From Elusimicrobia bacterium RIFOXYA2_FULL_50_26 (GTDB lineage: Bacteria; Elusimicrobiota; Endomicrobiia; Endomicrobiales; XYA2-FULL-47-53), in assembly GCA_001800355.1 (NCBI GenBank), contig MGVF01000038.1, forward strand, positions 1 to 42,591: a stretch of 42,591 bases of DNA, read 5' to 3'. Shown in pieces: positions 25,590-35,207 of this stretch. Position numbers and translations under genes: made by a program. The notes under the pieces are model-generated. The model was given only the letters and a program-made list of their open reading frames with translations, did no database searches and had not been told where the DNA came from. Numbering within the stretch: the first letter of the stretch is position 1; the number at the start of each line of letters is the position of its first letter.

Positions 25590-27446
25590 ATGAAGAATAA
25601 AAATATATGGGGTATCGTCGTGTGGGCGGCCGTGTTCATGCTGCTGTGGTATTTTATGCAGTCTGTGCGGCAGATCGGCGGGGAACAGGAACTGCCGTAT
25701 TCCGAGTTTAAACAGCACCTTCGCGCGGGCGAGATTATTAAAGTAACCGTGGCGCCCGAGATGATTCACGGCCAGTACCGCGGCCCTGACGGCAAAGCCA
25801 TCCAGTTTAAGACGGTACCTTTGCAGGATCCGAAACTTGTCGAAGAGCTGGAACAATACAAAGTATCCCAGTTTTCAGGCCATCTCGAGCGCGGGTGGCT
25901 GATGCCCCTTCTTCTAAACTGGGGGCCGATGATTCTCCTTATCGTGTTCTGGTTGTGGATGCTCAAAGGGATGCAGACCGGCGGCAAGCAGGTAATGTCG
26001 TTCGGAAGAAGCAAGGCCAAGCTGCAACCGGTAAAGAAGACGCGCATTACATTTTCCGACGTAGCCGGTTGCGAGGAAGCCAAGGAAGAATTGCAGGAGA
26101 TAGTTGAATTTTTGAAAGATCCGGCCAAATTCCAGAAACTGGGCGGCAAGATCCCGAAGGGTGTGCTGGTTTACGGCTCCCCCGGGACAGGCAAAACATT
26201 GCTTGCCAAGGCCGTCGCCGGAGAGGCCGGCGTCCCGTTCTTTTCTTCGAGCGGTTCGGAATTCGTGGAAATGTTTGTCGGCGTCGGCGCTTCGCGCGTA
26301 CGCGACTTGTTCGAGCAGGGCAGGCGCAGCGCGCCGTGCCTGTTGTTCATAGACGAGATTGACGCCGTTGGCAGGCACCGTTTCGCCGGAATAGGCGGCG
26401 GGCATGACGAGCGTGAGCAGACTTTAAACCAGCTTCTTGTCGAGATGGACGGCTTCGACACAAAAGAAGGCGTTATATTGATAGCCGCCACGAACCGCCC
26501 CGACGTGCTTGACCCCGCTCTTTTGCGCCCCGGCCGTTTTGACCGCCACATATCCGTCCCAACTCCCGACTTAAAGGGGCGTGAGGAAATATTAAGAGTT
26601 CATGCCCGCGGCATAAAGCTGGCGCAGTCGGTTGACCTGCGTATAATCGCGCGCCGCACGCCCGGTTTTGTGGGTGCGGACATAGCCAATCTTGTAAACG
26701 AGGCGGCGCTTCTTGCGGCGCGCAAAACCAGGGAGGCCGTGATTATGGATGACCTGGAAGAAGCCATAGACCGCGTAATCGCGGGACCGCAGAGAAAATC
26801 GCGCATGATTTCCGATCGTGAAAAAAAGATAATAGCCTACCACGAGGCAGGCCATACGCTTGTGGCGCGGTTTACCCCGGATACGGATCCGGTGCACAAG
26901 GTTTCCATTATACCGCGCGGGCCGGCGCTGGGGTATACTCTTCAATTGCCCATGGAAGACCGGTACCTTACCACCCGGCAGGAGATACTGGCGCGGCTTG
27001 ACGTTCTTCTCGGCGGCCGCGTCGCCGAGGAAATGGTGTTTAACGAGATAACCACCGGTTCGCAGAATGATTTATCGAAGGCCACCATGATGGCGCAGAA
27101 GATGGTTGTTGAGCTTGGCATGAGCGACCGCATAGGCCCGCTGTCTTTGCGCCGTCCCGAGGAAGAGGTTTTCCTGGGGCGCGACATTACGCGCGAGCCG
27201 CGCTATTCCGACAAGACATCCGAGATTATAGACGAAGAAGTCAAGCGCATCGTCGAAGAGGCCAGGGCGAGGGCGCACGGCCTTTTGGGCGAGCACATGA
27301 ACAAGCTAAAGGCGCTTGCCGAGAGGTTGTTCGAAAAGGAAATGCTGGACGCCGAAGAGGTTGACGCCCTGTTGAAAATAACTCCTCCCAACGGCGCGCC
27401 GCATTCGCCGGACGGAGCCGCTGATTCTTCTCAAGCTCATGGATAA
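25590..27446 (+). CDS. ftsH: ATP-dependent zinc metalloprotease FtsH
   Basis: Two TMs, [39 protein letters not shown]. Confidence 0.98.
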   Translation: MKNKNIWGIVVWAAVFMLLWYFMQSVRQIGGEQELPYSEFKQHLRAGEIIKVTVAPEMIHGQYRGPDGKAIQFKTVPLQDPKLVEELEQYKVSQFSGHLERGWLMPLLLNWGPMILLIVFWLWMLKGMQTGGKQVMSFGRSKAKLQPVKKTRITFSDVAGCEEAKEELQEIVEFLKDPAKFQKLGGKIPKGVLVYGSPGTGKTLLAKAVAGEAGVPFFSSSGSEFVEMFVGVGASRVRDLFEQGRRSAPCLLFIDEIDAVGRHRFAGIGGGHDEREQTLNQLLVEMDGFDTKEGVILIAATNRPDVLDPALLRPGRFDRHISVPTPDLKGREEILRVHARGIKLAQSVDLRIIARRTPGFVGADIANLVNEAALLAARKTREAVIMDDLEEAIDRVIAGPQRKSRMISDREKKIIAYHEAGHTLVARFTPDTDPVHKVSIIPRGPALGYTLQLPMEDRYLTTRQEILARLDVLLGGRVAEEMVFNEITTGSQNDLSKATMMAQKMVVELGMSDRIGPLSLRRPEEEVFLGRDITREPRYSDKTSEIIDEEVKRIVEEARARAHGLLGEHMNKLKALAERLFEKEMLDAEEVDALLKITPPNGAPHSPDGAADSSQAHG

Positions 27447-27996
27447 GAAAAAACTGGAAAAAGCCGTGCGCCTTATGCTGGAAGCGATGGGGGAAAATCC
27501 CGCGCGCGAGGGGCTGTGCGCCACGCCGCGCCGGGTTGCGGATTTTTACGAGGAACAGCTTTCAGGCCATAATGTAAATCCCGAGGACATCCTGAAGGTA
27601 TATTACGAAAAAGAGGACCACGAGGAGATTGTGCTTGTAAAGGACATTCCTCTCTTCTCGCTATGCGAGCATCACCTTCTGCCGTTTTTCGGCAAGGCGC
27701 ATGTCGCTTACATACCGAAAAGCGACCGTATCCTCGGCATTTCAAAACTTGTGCGTGTCGTCGAACTTTTCTCGCACCGGCTCCAGTTGCAGGAGCGGCT
27801 TACAAAGCAGGTTGCCGACACGATTATGTCCGTCGCAAAACCGCACGGCGCCATGGTTGTGGTTGAATGCGAGCATCTCTGCATGACCATGCGTGGCGTT
27901 AAAAAGCAGGGCGCGAAAATGGTAACCTCGGCCATGCGCGGCATATTCCTGCGCGACGCCCGCACCCGCGCCGAAGCAATGTCATTAATAAAATAA
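27439..27996 (+). CDS. folE: GTP cyclohydrolase I
   Basis: [36 protein letters not shown]. Confidence 0.97.
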   Translation: MDKKKLEKAVRLMLEAMGENPAREGLCATPRRVADFYEEQLSGHNVNPEDILKVYYEKEDHEEIVLVKDIPLFSLCEHHLLPFFGKAHVAYIPKSDRILGISKLVRVVELFSHRLQLQERLTKQVADTIMSVAKPHGAMVVVECEHLCMTMRGVKKQGAKMVTSAMRGIFLRDARTRAEAMSLIK

Positions 27997-28021
27997 TGTT
28001 ACGCGTGTCTTTACATACACA

Positions 28022-28158
28022 TCCCCCTCACCCTACCCTCTCCCCGTCGGGGAGAGGATACAAAAGCCGCCGGTTTGCCTCTCCCCCCCGGCGAGAGGAT
28101 TAAGGTGTAAAGTTATTCTTTCCTCTCCCCGACGGGGAGAGGATTAAGGTGAGGGGGA
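28022..28158. repeat. Family C REP-like palindromes (CCCCTCACC..CCTCTCCCC-N-GGGGAGAGG..GGTGAGGGG)
   Basis: Inverted ends TCCCCCTCACC / GGTGAGGGGGA enclosing three CCTCTCCCC..GAGAGG hairpins. Confidence 0.85.
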
Positions 28159-28183
28159 ATTAACATATTTTAATCTGACAAAT

Positions 28184-29410
28184 ATGGCGTGCCCCGCAAA
28201 AAATTTTATGAACGTTCGTGTTGCGCAGGTTTCAACGGTTAAGGATGCCGCCCGTCTTATTTCCGCCACAGGCGCGGATCCGTGTTCGGTTGCGGCCATG
28301 GCGTCCAAAGCTGTTGCGCGCGCGGTGTACATCGAATCCATAGATAACCGCGCGGCAAATATTATAAAGCAGGAAATGCTTTCGCTGGGCGGGGAAGCCG
28401 CTGTAAGTAAAGACGTCAGCGTTTTCAAAAAGGCTGTTTCCGATGTCGCCGTTTTCGGTACTCTCCGGCAACTGGGGCTTCTGACTGATAAACTTTCACG
28501 CCAGCCATTCGGGCTTAAACTCACGGCGGCGGCTGTTGTCCGCACTCTTTGTAATTACGAATCCGTTAACTTTTCTTTTTGCTGCGGCAGCAGAAAACTT
28601 GCGATGGGAAGCCGGCCGCTTGTGATGGGCATACTCAATGTAACGCCCGATTCTTTTTCTGATGGCGGAAAGTTTGACGATCCAAAGCGCGCCGTTGAAC
28701 ATGCTTTCTCCATGCTTGAGCAGGGCGCGGATTTCATTGACGTGGGCGGCGAGTCAACGCGCCCGGGCGCCCGGCCTGTTTCCCCGAAAGAGGAAATACG
28801 GCGAATAGTGCCGGTTATCTCGGCCATAACGCGCCGCGCGAAAGCGCTTGTTTCCGTGGATACGTACAAGCCGGATGTGGCGCGCGCCGCGCTTGACGCC
28901 GGCGCATGCATAGTCAACGATATTACGGGGCTTCGCCATGGTAACGGAGCTATGGCGCGGGTAGTTAATCGTTACAAGGCCGGAACAATCATAATGCACA
29001 TGCAGGGCACGCCGCGCACGATGCAGAAATCGCCGCATTACCGCGATGTGGCCGGAGACATCATAAAATTCCTAAACGAACGGATTGCGTTTGCCGGACA
29101 AAACGGGATAGGCGCCGAACAAATACTGGTTGACCCCGGCATCGGCTTCGGTAAAACGCTGGAACACAATTGCGCGATACTCAGGCGGCTGGCGGAATTC
29201 AAGGTTACGGGCAGGCCGATAGTCGTCGGAGCTTCCAGAAAATCGTTCCTGGGCGCGATTCTTGCAGGCGCGCCGGCGGATAAGCGCCGTGACGGCAGCA
29301 TAGCAAGCGCGCTTGCAGCCTATGCAGGCGGCGCGTGCGTTTTGCGTGTCCACGACGTTAAAGAAACCGTCCAGGCGCTGGCCGTCGCCGCTGCAATCTA
29401 CGCACATTGA
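28184..29410 (+). CDS. folP: Dihydropteroate synthase with N-terminal extension
   Basis: MGILNVTPDSFSDGG, DVGGESTRPG, DPGIGFGK, SRKSF, RVHDV; ~130-aa N-terminal extension (ANIIKQEMLSLGGEAA). Confidence 0.96.
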   Translation: MACPAKNFMNVRVAQVSTVKDAARLISATGADPCSVAAMASKAVARAVYIESIDNRAANIIKQEMLSLGGEAAVSKDVSVFKKAVSDVAVFGTLRQLGLLTDKLSRQPFGLKLTAAAVVRTLCNYESVNFSFCCGSRKLAMGSRPLVMGILNVTPDSFSDGGKFDDPKRAVEHAFSMLEQGADFIDVGGESTRPGARPVSPKEEIRRIVPVISAITRRAKALVSVDTYKPDVARAALDAGACIVNDITGLRHGNGAMARVVNRYKAGTIIMHMQGTPRTMQKSPHYRDVAGDIIKFLNERIAFAGQNGIGAEQILVDPGIGFGKTLEHNCAILRRLAEFKVTGRPIVVGASRKSFLGAILAGAPADKRRDGSIASALAAYAGGACVLRVHDVKETVQALAVAAAIYAH

Positions 29411-29441
29411 TAAACAGGTTTTCTAAACGGCCGTTATAATT

Positions 29442-30230
29442 ATGCAATTTATTTATTCACTCTGGTCTCATTACCTGGTTCATATCGTAGATATTTTTAT
29501 TGTATCGTATATCCTGTATCGTCTTATTCTTCTGGTAAAAGGAACGCGCGCGGTACAGATATTGCTTGGCATTTTAACCCTCGTGGCGCTCACCTTCCTG
29601 GCGCGCGAGGTTTTGCACCTGCGCACGTTAAGCTGGTTGCTTGAAAGATTCTGGCTGGCCGCGGTTATCATACTTGCGGTGGCGTTTCAGCCGGAGATAC
29701 GCTCCGCGCTTGCGCAACTGGGCAGCCACCGGTGGGGAAAAATACTTGTCCCGTCCGAGCTTGGATTCGTTGATGAAATAATAGAGGCGATTCGCCGGTT
29801 AAAGGAAGGCAAGATAGGCGCGCTTGTAGTGCTGGAGCAGGACACCGGCCTTCGCAGCCAGATAGAAACCGGCACCATCGTCAACGCCCAGGTTACCTGG
29901 GAGCTGCTGCTTTCAATATTTAATTCGCGTTCGCCGATACATGACGGCGCGGTCATAATCGAGAATGCCCGGCTTATCGCGGCCGGGTGCGTGCTGCCGT
30001 TAAGCCACGAGCAGGGCATATCCAAGGTGCTGGGTACGCGCCACCGCGCCGCGCTGGGCTTAAGTGAAATATCGGATGCCATTATAATCGTTGTTTCGGA
30101 GGAATCCGGCGCCGTAACACTGGCGCGTGAAGGCAGGCTTGAAACCGGCATTGATCCCGACGAATTGCGCCGCCGGCTTATGGATCTGTACCGCGAGCGC
30201 GGTGAAAACGCCATCCTGCGCCGGGTTTAG
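29442..30230 (+). CDS. cdaA: Diadenylate cyclase CdaA (DacA)
   Basis: Three N-terminal TMs, FQPEIRSAL, HDGA and GTRHRAA catalytic motifs. Confidence 0.95.
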   Translation: MQFIYSLWSHYLVHIVDIFIVSYILYRLILLVKGTRAVQILLGILTLVALTFLAREVLHLRTLSWLLERFWLAAVIILAVAFQPEIRSALAQLGSHRWGKILVPSELGFVDEIIEAIRRLKEGKIGALVVLEQDTGLRSQIETGTIVNAQVTWELLLSIFNSRSPIHDGAVIIENARLIAAGCVLPLSHEQGISKVLGTRHRAALGLSEISDAIIIVVSEESGAVTLAREGRLETGIDPDELRRRLMDLYRERGENAILRRV

Positions 30231-30252
30231 TTTTATTTGAAAAGGTTTTCAA

Positions 30253-30405
30253 ATGGAAAAAGAAAAAAGGGGAAGCATAGTCATAAATCACCAGCCGTTG
30301 TTAAAGCATTTAAATTTTTATAAAAATCTGAAGAATAACTGGCAGCAGAAGATCATCGCAGTGGCGCTTGCGCTTGCGTTATGGTTTTATTTGTACAAAC
30401 AATAA
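30253..30405 (+). CDS. 50-aa CdaR/YbbR-like membrane peptide (N-terminal anchor only; absent from the ORF track)
   Basis: Hand translation: MEKEKRGSIVINHQPLLKHLNFYKNLKNNWQQKIIAVALALALWFYLYKQ*. AAAGG upstream. Occupies the cdaR position between cdaA and glmM. Confidence 0.7.
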   Translation: MEKEKRGSIVINHQPLLKHLNFYKNLKNNWQQKIIAVALALALWFYLYKQ

Positions 30406-30409
30406 TCCT

Positions 30410-31756
30410 ATGAAATTATTCGGTACTGACGGAATACGGGGCGTTGCGGGCAGCTACCCCCTCGATGATGCCACTATACTTGCAATCGGCGCCGCCGCGG
30501 CGGAAGTGCTGAAAGAAATTTCCCCGGACAGGGCTGTTATTATAGGGCGCGACACGCGCCAGTCCGGGGAGCATATTTCCGGGTTGTTGGAACGCGCATT
30601 CTCTTCGCGCGGAATCGCCGTTTGGGATGTCGGCGTTATACCCACGCCGGGGATCTCTCACCTTGTCAAACAGCAGCCCGTGCTTGCGGGCGTAGTAATA
30701 TCCGCGTCTCATAATCCATACCAGGATAACGGCATAAAATTTTTCGGCCATGACGGCACAAAGCTGTCCGATGCCGTGGAAAGCCGCATAGAGGCGCTAA
30801 TTGCCCTGATGAAGGCCGGTAAAGATCAGCCTTTGGCAGAAGCGGCGGGGGCTGATAAACCGGGCTTGCTTACGGACGGGTATTCCGATTTTCTTGCCCG
30901 TTCATTTACCGGCGGCACCATGGATGGCATTCGCCTTGTGCTTGATTGCGCTAACGGCGCGACTTGCGTGCTTGCGCCGGAAGTTTTCCGTTCGCTGGGC
31001 GCGCACGTTACGCTTATCAATGCCAGCCCGGACGGCAAAAATATCAACCGCGATAGCGGCTCGCTGCATCCCGGCGCGTTATCGAAAGCAACCCTGGCCG
31101 CGCGCGCGCATTGCGGCATTGCATTCGACGGCGACGGCGACAGGGTTATGTTCGTGGACGAAAAAGGCGTTGTGCGCGACGGCGATTATTTTCTTGCTAT
31201 CGCGGCGCTGCATTTGCGCGGCAGGCAGCGGCTTGTAAACAACACGCTGGTAACGACGGTCATGGCAAACCTGGGGCTTATGCGTTCCATGGAGCGTTAC
31301 GGTGTTTCCGTTCATACCACGCCGGTCGGCGACCGCTATGTTTACGAGGCAATGGTTTCATCCGGTTCCGTGCTGGGGGGCGAGCAGTCCGGCCACGTGA
31401 TCTTTAAAGAGTACCATTCCACGGGCGACGGCATATTAAGCGCGCTGCAAATGATTTCCATAATGAAAGAATCCGGCAAGCCCCTCTCGGAGCTTGCTTC
31501 CGTGATGGAAAAATACCCGCAGGTGCTTATAAACGCGCGGGTAGGCAAAAAGATACCTCTGGAATCCCTGCCGGAAACAGGCCGTTCCATAAGCGAGGCT
31601 CAAGGCACGCTTGAGGGCGACGGCAGGGTGCTTGTGCGCTACTCCGGCACCGAAAACCTTTTGCGGGTAATGATCGAAGGCCGCGACGAAAAAGTGATTA
31701 CAAAAATGGCGCACGTAATTTCGGAAACCGCCCAAAAAGAAATCGGCCATTTGTGA
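30410..31756 (+). CDS. glmM: Phosphoglucosamine mutase
   Basis: MKLFGTDGIRG (start at ATG 30410), ISASHNP, FDGDGDR, GGEQSGH, RYSGTE. Confidence 0.97.
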   Translation: MKLFGTDGIRGVAGSYPLDDATILAIGAAAAEVLKEISPDRAVIIGRDTRQSGEHISGLLERAFSSRGIAVWDVGVIPTPGISHLVKQQPVLAGVVISASHNPYQDNGIKFFGHDGTKLSDAVESRIEALIALMKAGKDQPLAEAAGADKPGLLTDGYSDFLARSFTGGTMDGIRLVLDCANGATCVLAPEVFRSLGAHVTLINASPDGKNINRDSGSLHPGALSKATLAARAHCGIAFDGDGDRVMFVDEKGVVRDGDYFLAIAALHLRGRQRLVNNTLVTTVMANLGLMRSMERYGVSVHTTPVGDRYVYEAMVSSGSVLGGEQSGHVIFKEYHSTGDGILSALQMISIMKESGKPLSELASVMEKYPQVLINARVGKKIPLESLPETGRSISEAQGTLEGDGRVLVRYSGTENLLRVMIEGRDEKVITKMAHVISETAQKEIGHL

Positions 31757-31764
31757 GAATTTAT

Positions 31765-31831
31765 ATAGGGTAGAGGGTTAAGATTATTCCTTCCTCTCCC
31801 CGACGGGGAGAGGATTGAGGTGAGGGGGTAA
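31765..31831. repeat. Family C REP-like element (half copy)
   Basis: ATAGGGTAGAGGG..TTATTCCTTCCTCTCCCCGACGGGGAGAGGATTGAGGTGAGGGGGTAA; matches parts of 32603-32752. Confidence 0.85.
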
Positions 31832-31853
31832 CCCGACACGCGAGAACATATAT

Positions 31854-32606
31854 ATGGTTAAACTTGGTATAAACATTGATCATGTGGCCACGGTGCGCCA
31901 GGCGCGCGGCGGCCGGGAGCCGGACCCCGTAACCGCGGCGGCGATTTGCGAGCTTGCGGGCGCAGACGGGATTACCGTACACCTGCGCGAGGACCGGCGC
32001 CATATCCAGGACAGGGACGTCGAGTTGCTTCGCAAAACGGTAAAAACTAAATTGAATCTTGAGATGGCCGCGGCCGATGAAATAATAAAAATAGCGGTGC
32101 GCTTAAAACCGGACGACGTGTGCCTTGTGCCGGAGAAGCGGCGCGAGCTTACCACCGAGGGCGGGCTTGACGTTCACGGCCGGAAAGCGCAGTTGGCAAA
32201 AGTAGTGGCTACGCTCAAGAAAGCGGGCATTTGTGTCAGTCTTTTCATAGACCCCGTTGCGGGCCAGGTGCGCGCCGCGGCCGAAATTAATGCCGATTGC
32301 GTTGAGCTTCATACAGGCGCGTACGCGCATGAGTTCGACCGCCGCATGAGGCGGCCTGTAAAGAGTGGTTTCATTGAGCTTGAACGTATCAGGGAATCGG
32401 CGGCGATGGCGCTGGATCTGGGACTTACCGTCAACGCAGGCCACGGCCTTGATTATAGCAACGTGTACCCGGTGGCCGCCATCGGCGGGATGAATGAATT
32501 AAATATCGGTTTTTCAATAATTGCGCGCGCAATGTTTACAGGCCTGGAAGAGGCGGTGCGCGAGATGAAAGTTTTATTACCCCCTCACCCCACCCTCTCC
32601 CCATAG
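31854..32606 (+). CDS. pdxJ: Pyridoxine 5'-phosphate synthase
   Basis: [52 protein letters not shown]. Confidence 0.97.
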   Translation: MVKLGINIDHVATVRQARGGREPDPVTAAAICELAGADGITVHLREDRRHIQDRDVELLRKTVKTKLNLEMAAADEIIKIAVRLKPDDVCLVPEKRRELTTEGGLDVHGRKAQLAKVVATLKKAGICVSLFIDPVAGQVRAAAEINADCVELHTGAYAHEFDRRMRRPVKSGFIELERIRESAAMALDLGLTVNAGHGLDYSNVYPVAAIGGMNELNIGFSIIARAMFTGLEEAVREMKVLLPPHPTLSP

Positions 32607-32752
32607 GGTAGAGGGCCAAGATTATTCTTTCCTCTCCCCACGGCGAGAGGATTGAGGTCTAAAGTTATTCCTTCCTCTCCCCACGGCGAGAGGATTGAGG
32701 TCTAAAGTTATTCCTTCCTCTCCCCGACGGGGAGAGGATTGAGGTGAGGGGG
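32577..32752. repeat. Family C REP-like element with three tandem 43-bp hairpin units
   Basis: Units start at 32622, 32665 and 32708 (TTATTCYTTCCTCTCCCC..GAGAGGATTGAGGT); bounded by CCCCTCACC / GGTGAGGGG. Confidence 0.88.
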
Positions 32753-32802
32753 AGGACAGATATGAACGGAAAGTCAATGAATCATAAGGAAGGGGGAAAT
32801 TT

Positions 32803-34632
32803 ATGTGTGGAATTGTAGGTTATATCGGCTCTAAACCGGCCGGAGACATTATTATTGACGGGTTGCGCAGGCTTGAGTATCGCGGCTATGATTCCGCCGG
32901 CATCGCGGTATTGCAGGATCGCGCTATTGAGCTTCGTCGCAGTGTCGGGAAATTGAGCGCTCTTGTCAAGGCGCTTGAGAGTAACGCGGTGCGCGGCACC
33001 GTCGGGATTGGCCATACGCGGTGGGCGACTCACGGCAGGCCATGCGAAGAAAACGCCCATCCACATACGGACTGCACGGGAAAGATAGTGGTAGTTCATA
33101 ACGGGATTATAGAAAATTACCTGGAGCTTAAAAAACAATTACAGCAGTCCGGCCACGTATTTAAGTCGGAGACCGACACCGAGGTTATTGCGCATCTCGT
33201 GGAGGCGCGTTTCAATGGAGATCTCCTGCAGGCTGTGCAAGGCGCGCTTGCTCAGGTGCGAGGCGCATATGCCCTCGGTGTAATAGCCGCCGACGAGCCG
33301 GGGCGTATAATCGTGGCGCGCAGGGACGCGCCGCTTATAATCGGGCTTGGCGAAGGCGAGAATTTCCTTGCGTCCGACATACCCGCCCTTCTTCCTTACA
33401 CGCGGCGCATGGTGTTCCTGGAGGAGGGCGACCTTGCGGCCATCAGCGCCGATAAGGTGGTCATATATAACAGCGGCGGTGAAACCGTGGTGCGCAAGGA
33501 ACATTCCATAGCATGGGATGCGGTTCAGGCCGAAAAAGGCGGCTACAAGCATTTCATGTTAAAGGAAATATTCGAGCAGCCCCAGGCCATACAGGATACG
33601 TTCCGCGGCCGGCTCTCGCCGGAAGACGGCGCGATAAATCTTGACGGCGCCACCCTGCCCGCGGAAGCCGTGCGCCAGCTTTCAAAAATATATATAGTTG
33701 CCTGCGGCACGTCTTATCATGCCGGTCTGGTCGGTAAATTTTTGTTCGAAAATCTTGCGCGGATACCGGTGGAGGTGGACATAGCTTCGGAATTTCGTTA
33801 CCGTTCGCCTGTGCTCGACAAGAACGCCGTCGCTATCGTAATCTCCCAGTCCGGCGAAACGGCGGATACGCTGGCGGCGCTGCGCCTGTCAAAACAAGGC
33901 AAATGCCCTGTAATCGCGGTCTGCAATGCAATCGGTTCCACGGTGAGCCGCGAGGCGGATGCAACCTTGTATACGCGCTGCGGCCCGGAAATAGGCGTTG
34001 CCTCGACCAAGGCTTTCACCGGACAGTTAACCGCGCTATATCTTCTTGCTTTCGACTGGGCTGGCAAGCGCGGCACTCTTACCGGGGATACGCTGCTGCG
34101 GCTTATCCGCGAACTCTGGGAAGTTCCCGGCAAGGTGAGCGAAGCGCTAAAGTCCAGTGATACGATGCGTTCCCTGGCAAAAGAGTTTTCACAGGCCAGG
34201 GACTTTCTTTATCTCGGGCGCAATATAAATTATCCCGTTGCGCTGGAAGGCGCTCTTAAGCTGAAAGAAATATCTTACATACACGCCGAGGGGTATCCCG
34301 CGGGCGAGATGAAACACGGGCCTATCGCGTTGATAGACGAAGACATGCCGGTCATGGTGGTTGCGACGGCCGGCAAGGTTTACGAAAAGATCCTGGGCAA
34401 TATAGAAGAAGCACAGGCGCGCGGAGGCACTATTATCGCGGTTGCGACGGAAGGCGATGAAGCGATAAAAAGCAAAACGAGCCATCACGTGTTCGTGCCG
34501 CACGTGGACGAGCTTTTCTCGCCGATAATAAACGTTGTCCCGTTGCAATTATTTTCTTATCACATGGCCGTGCAGCGCGGTTGCGACGTTGACCAGCCGC
34601 GCAACCTGGCAAAATCGGTTACGGTCGAGTAA
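32803..34632 (+). CDS. glmS: Glutamine--fructose-6-phosphate aminotransferase
   Basis: MCGIVG, LEYRGYDSAG, GHTRWATHG, SQSGETADT, PRNLAKSVTVE. Confidence 0.98.
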   Translation: MCGIVGYIGSKPAGDIIIDGLRRLEYRGYDSAGIAVLQDRAIELRRSVGKLSALVKALESNAVRGTVGIGHTRWATHGRPCEENAHPHTDCTGKIVVVHNGIIENYLELKKQLQQSGHVFKSETDTEVIAHLVEARFNGDLLQAVQGALAQVRGAYALGVIAADEPGRIIVARRDAPLIIGLGEGENFLASDIPALLPYTRRMVFLEEGDLAAISADKVVIYNSGGETVVRKEHSIAWDAVQAEKGGYKHFMLKEIFEQPQAIQDTFRGRLSPEDGAINLDGATLPAEAVRQLSKIYIVACGTSYHAGLVGKFLFENLARIPVEVDIASEFRYRSPVLDKNAVAIVISQSGETADTLAALRLSKQGKCPVIAVCNAIGSTVSREADATLYTRCGPEIGVASTKAFTGQLTALYLLAFDWAGKRGTLTGDTLLRLIRELWEVPGKVSEALKSSDTMRSLAKEFSQARDFLYLGRNINYPVALEGALKLKEISYIHAEGYPAGEMKHGPIALIDEDMPVMVVATAGKVYEKILGNIEEAQARGGTIIAVATEGDEAIKSKTSHHVFVPHVDELFSPIINVVPLQLFSYHMAVQRGCDVDQPRNLAKSVTVE

Positions 34633-34645
34633 AATTTAAAACATG

Positions 34646-34846
34646 TTTTCCTCTCCCCCGCGGCTTGCGATTATACATAAGTTCCTTCTCCCCGCCGGGG
34701 AGAAGGCCAGGATGAGGGGGAAGTCGTCGGAAACAGAACATTTGGTTCCCCCTCACCTTGATCCTCTCCCCGAAGGGGAGAGGAAACGAGTCACCGACGA
34801 TAATCTCAGACTTATGTATAATGACAAGCCCTGCGGGGAGAGAAAA
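34646..34846. mobile_element. Nested element: a 21-bp-TIR MITE carrying family C hairpins, inside a CTCTCCCC/GGGGAGAG hairpin
   Basis: TIR GGCTTGCGATTATACATAAGT (34662-34682) / ACTTATGTATAATGACAAGCC (34810-34830), 19/21 match; flanks CTCTCCCCCGC and GCGGGGAGAG. Confidence 0.75.
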
Positions 34847-34877
34847 TTGCGGGTAATGTGCGGGGCAGGGTTTTAAT

Positions 34878-35207
34878 ATGAAAATTGGCGTTGACATTGT
34901 CGAAGTGGGACGTTTGAAAAAGCTTGCGAAAAACAGGCGGTTTCTCGCGAAGGTTTATACGCCGGAAGAAATCGCCTATTGCCGCGCCAGAAAAAATTGC
35001 GCACAGCATTTTGCGGTACGGTTTGCCGCCAAGGAAGCCGTCTGGAAAGCTCTCGGTAAAAACGGCACGGCCCTGAAGGACATAGGAGTCGTAAACATGC
35101 CGGGAGGCAAGCCGCAGATATTAATCCGGGGCCGGCGCCGGAAAGGCATTGACGTGTCGCTATCGCATACCGAAAACTACGCGGTAGCCGTTGCGCTGAT
35201 ATTATGA
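34878..35207 (+). CDS. acpS: Holo-[acyl-carrier-protein] synthase
   Basis: IGVDIVE, FAVRFAAKEAVWKALG, GKP, VSLSH. Confidence 0.95.
   Translation: MKIGVDIVEVGRLKKLAKNRRFLAKVYTPEEIAYCRARKNCAQHFAVRFAAKEAVWKALGKNGTALKDIGVVNMPGGKPQILIRGRRRKGIDVSLSHTENYAVAVALIL

Noticed and set aside
28184-28600. FolP N-terminal extension as a novel fusion
   Set aside because: Long-form FolP with this kind of extension is known from other anaerobic bacteria, and it shows no FolK or FolB motifs.
32622-32752. Possible CRISPR array (regular 43-bp period with hairpins)
   Set aside because: Units are contiguous near-identical repeats with no unique spacers, there are no cas genes, and the same sequence occurs as dispersed REP-like copies.
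32607-32802. glmS ribozyme upstream of glmS
   Set aside because: The interval is almost fully explained by family C repeats, and no ribozyme core was recognisable by eye. An Rfam search would settle it.
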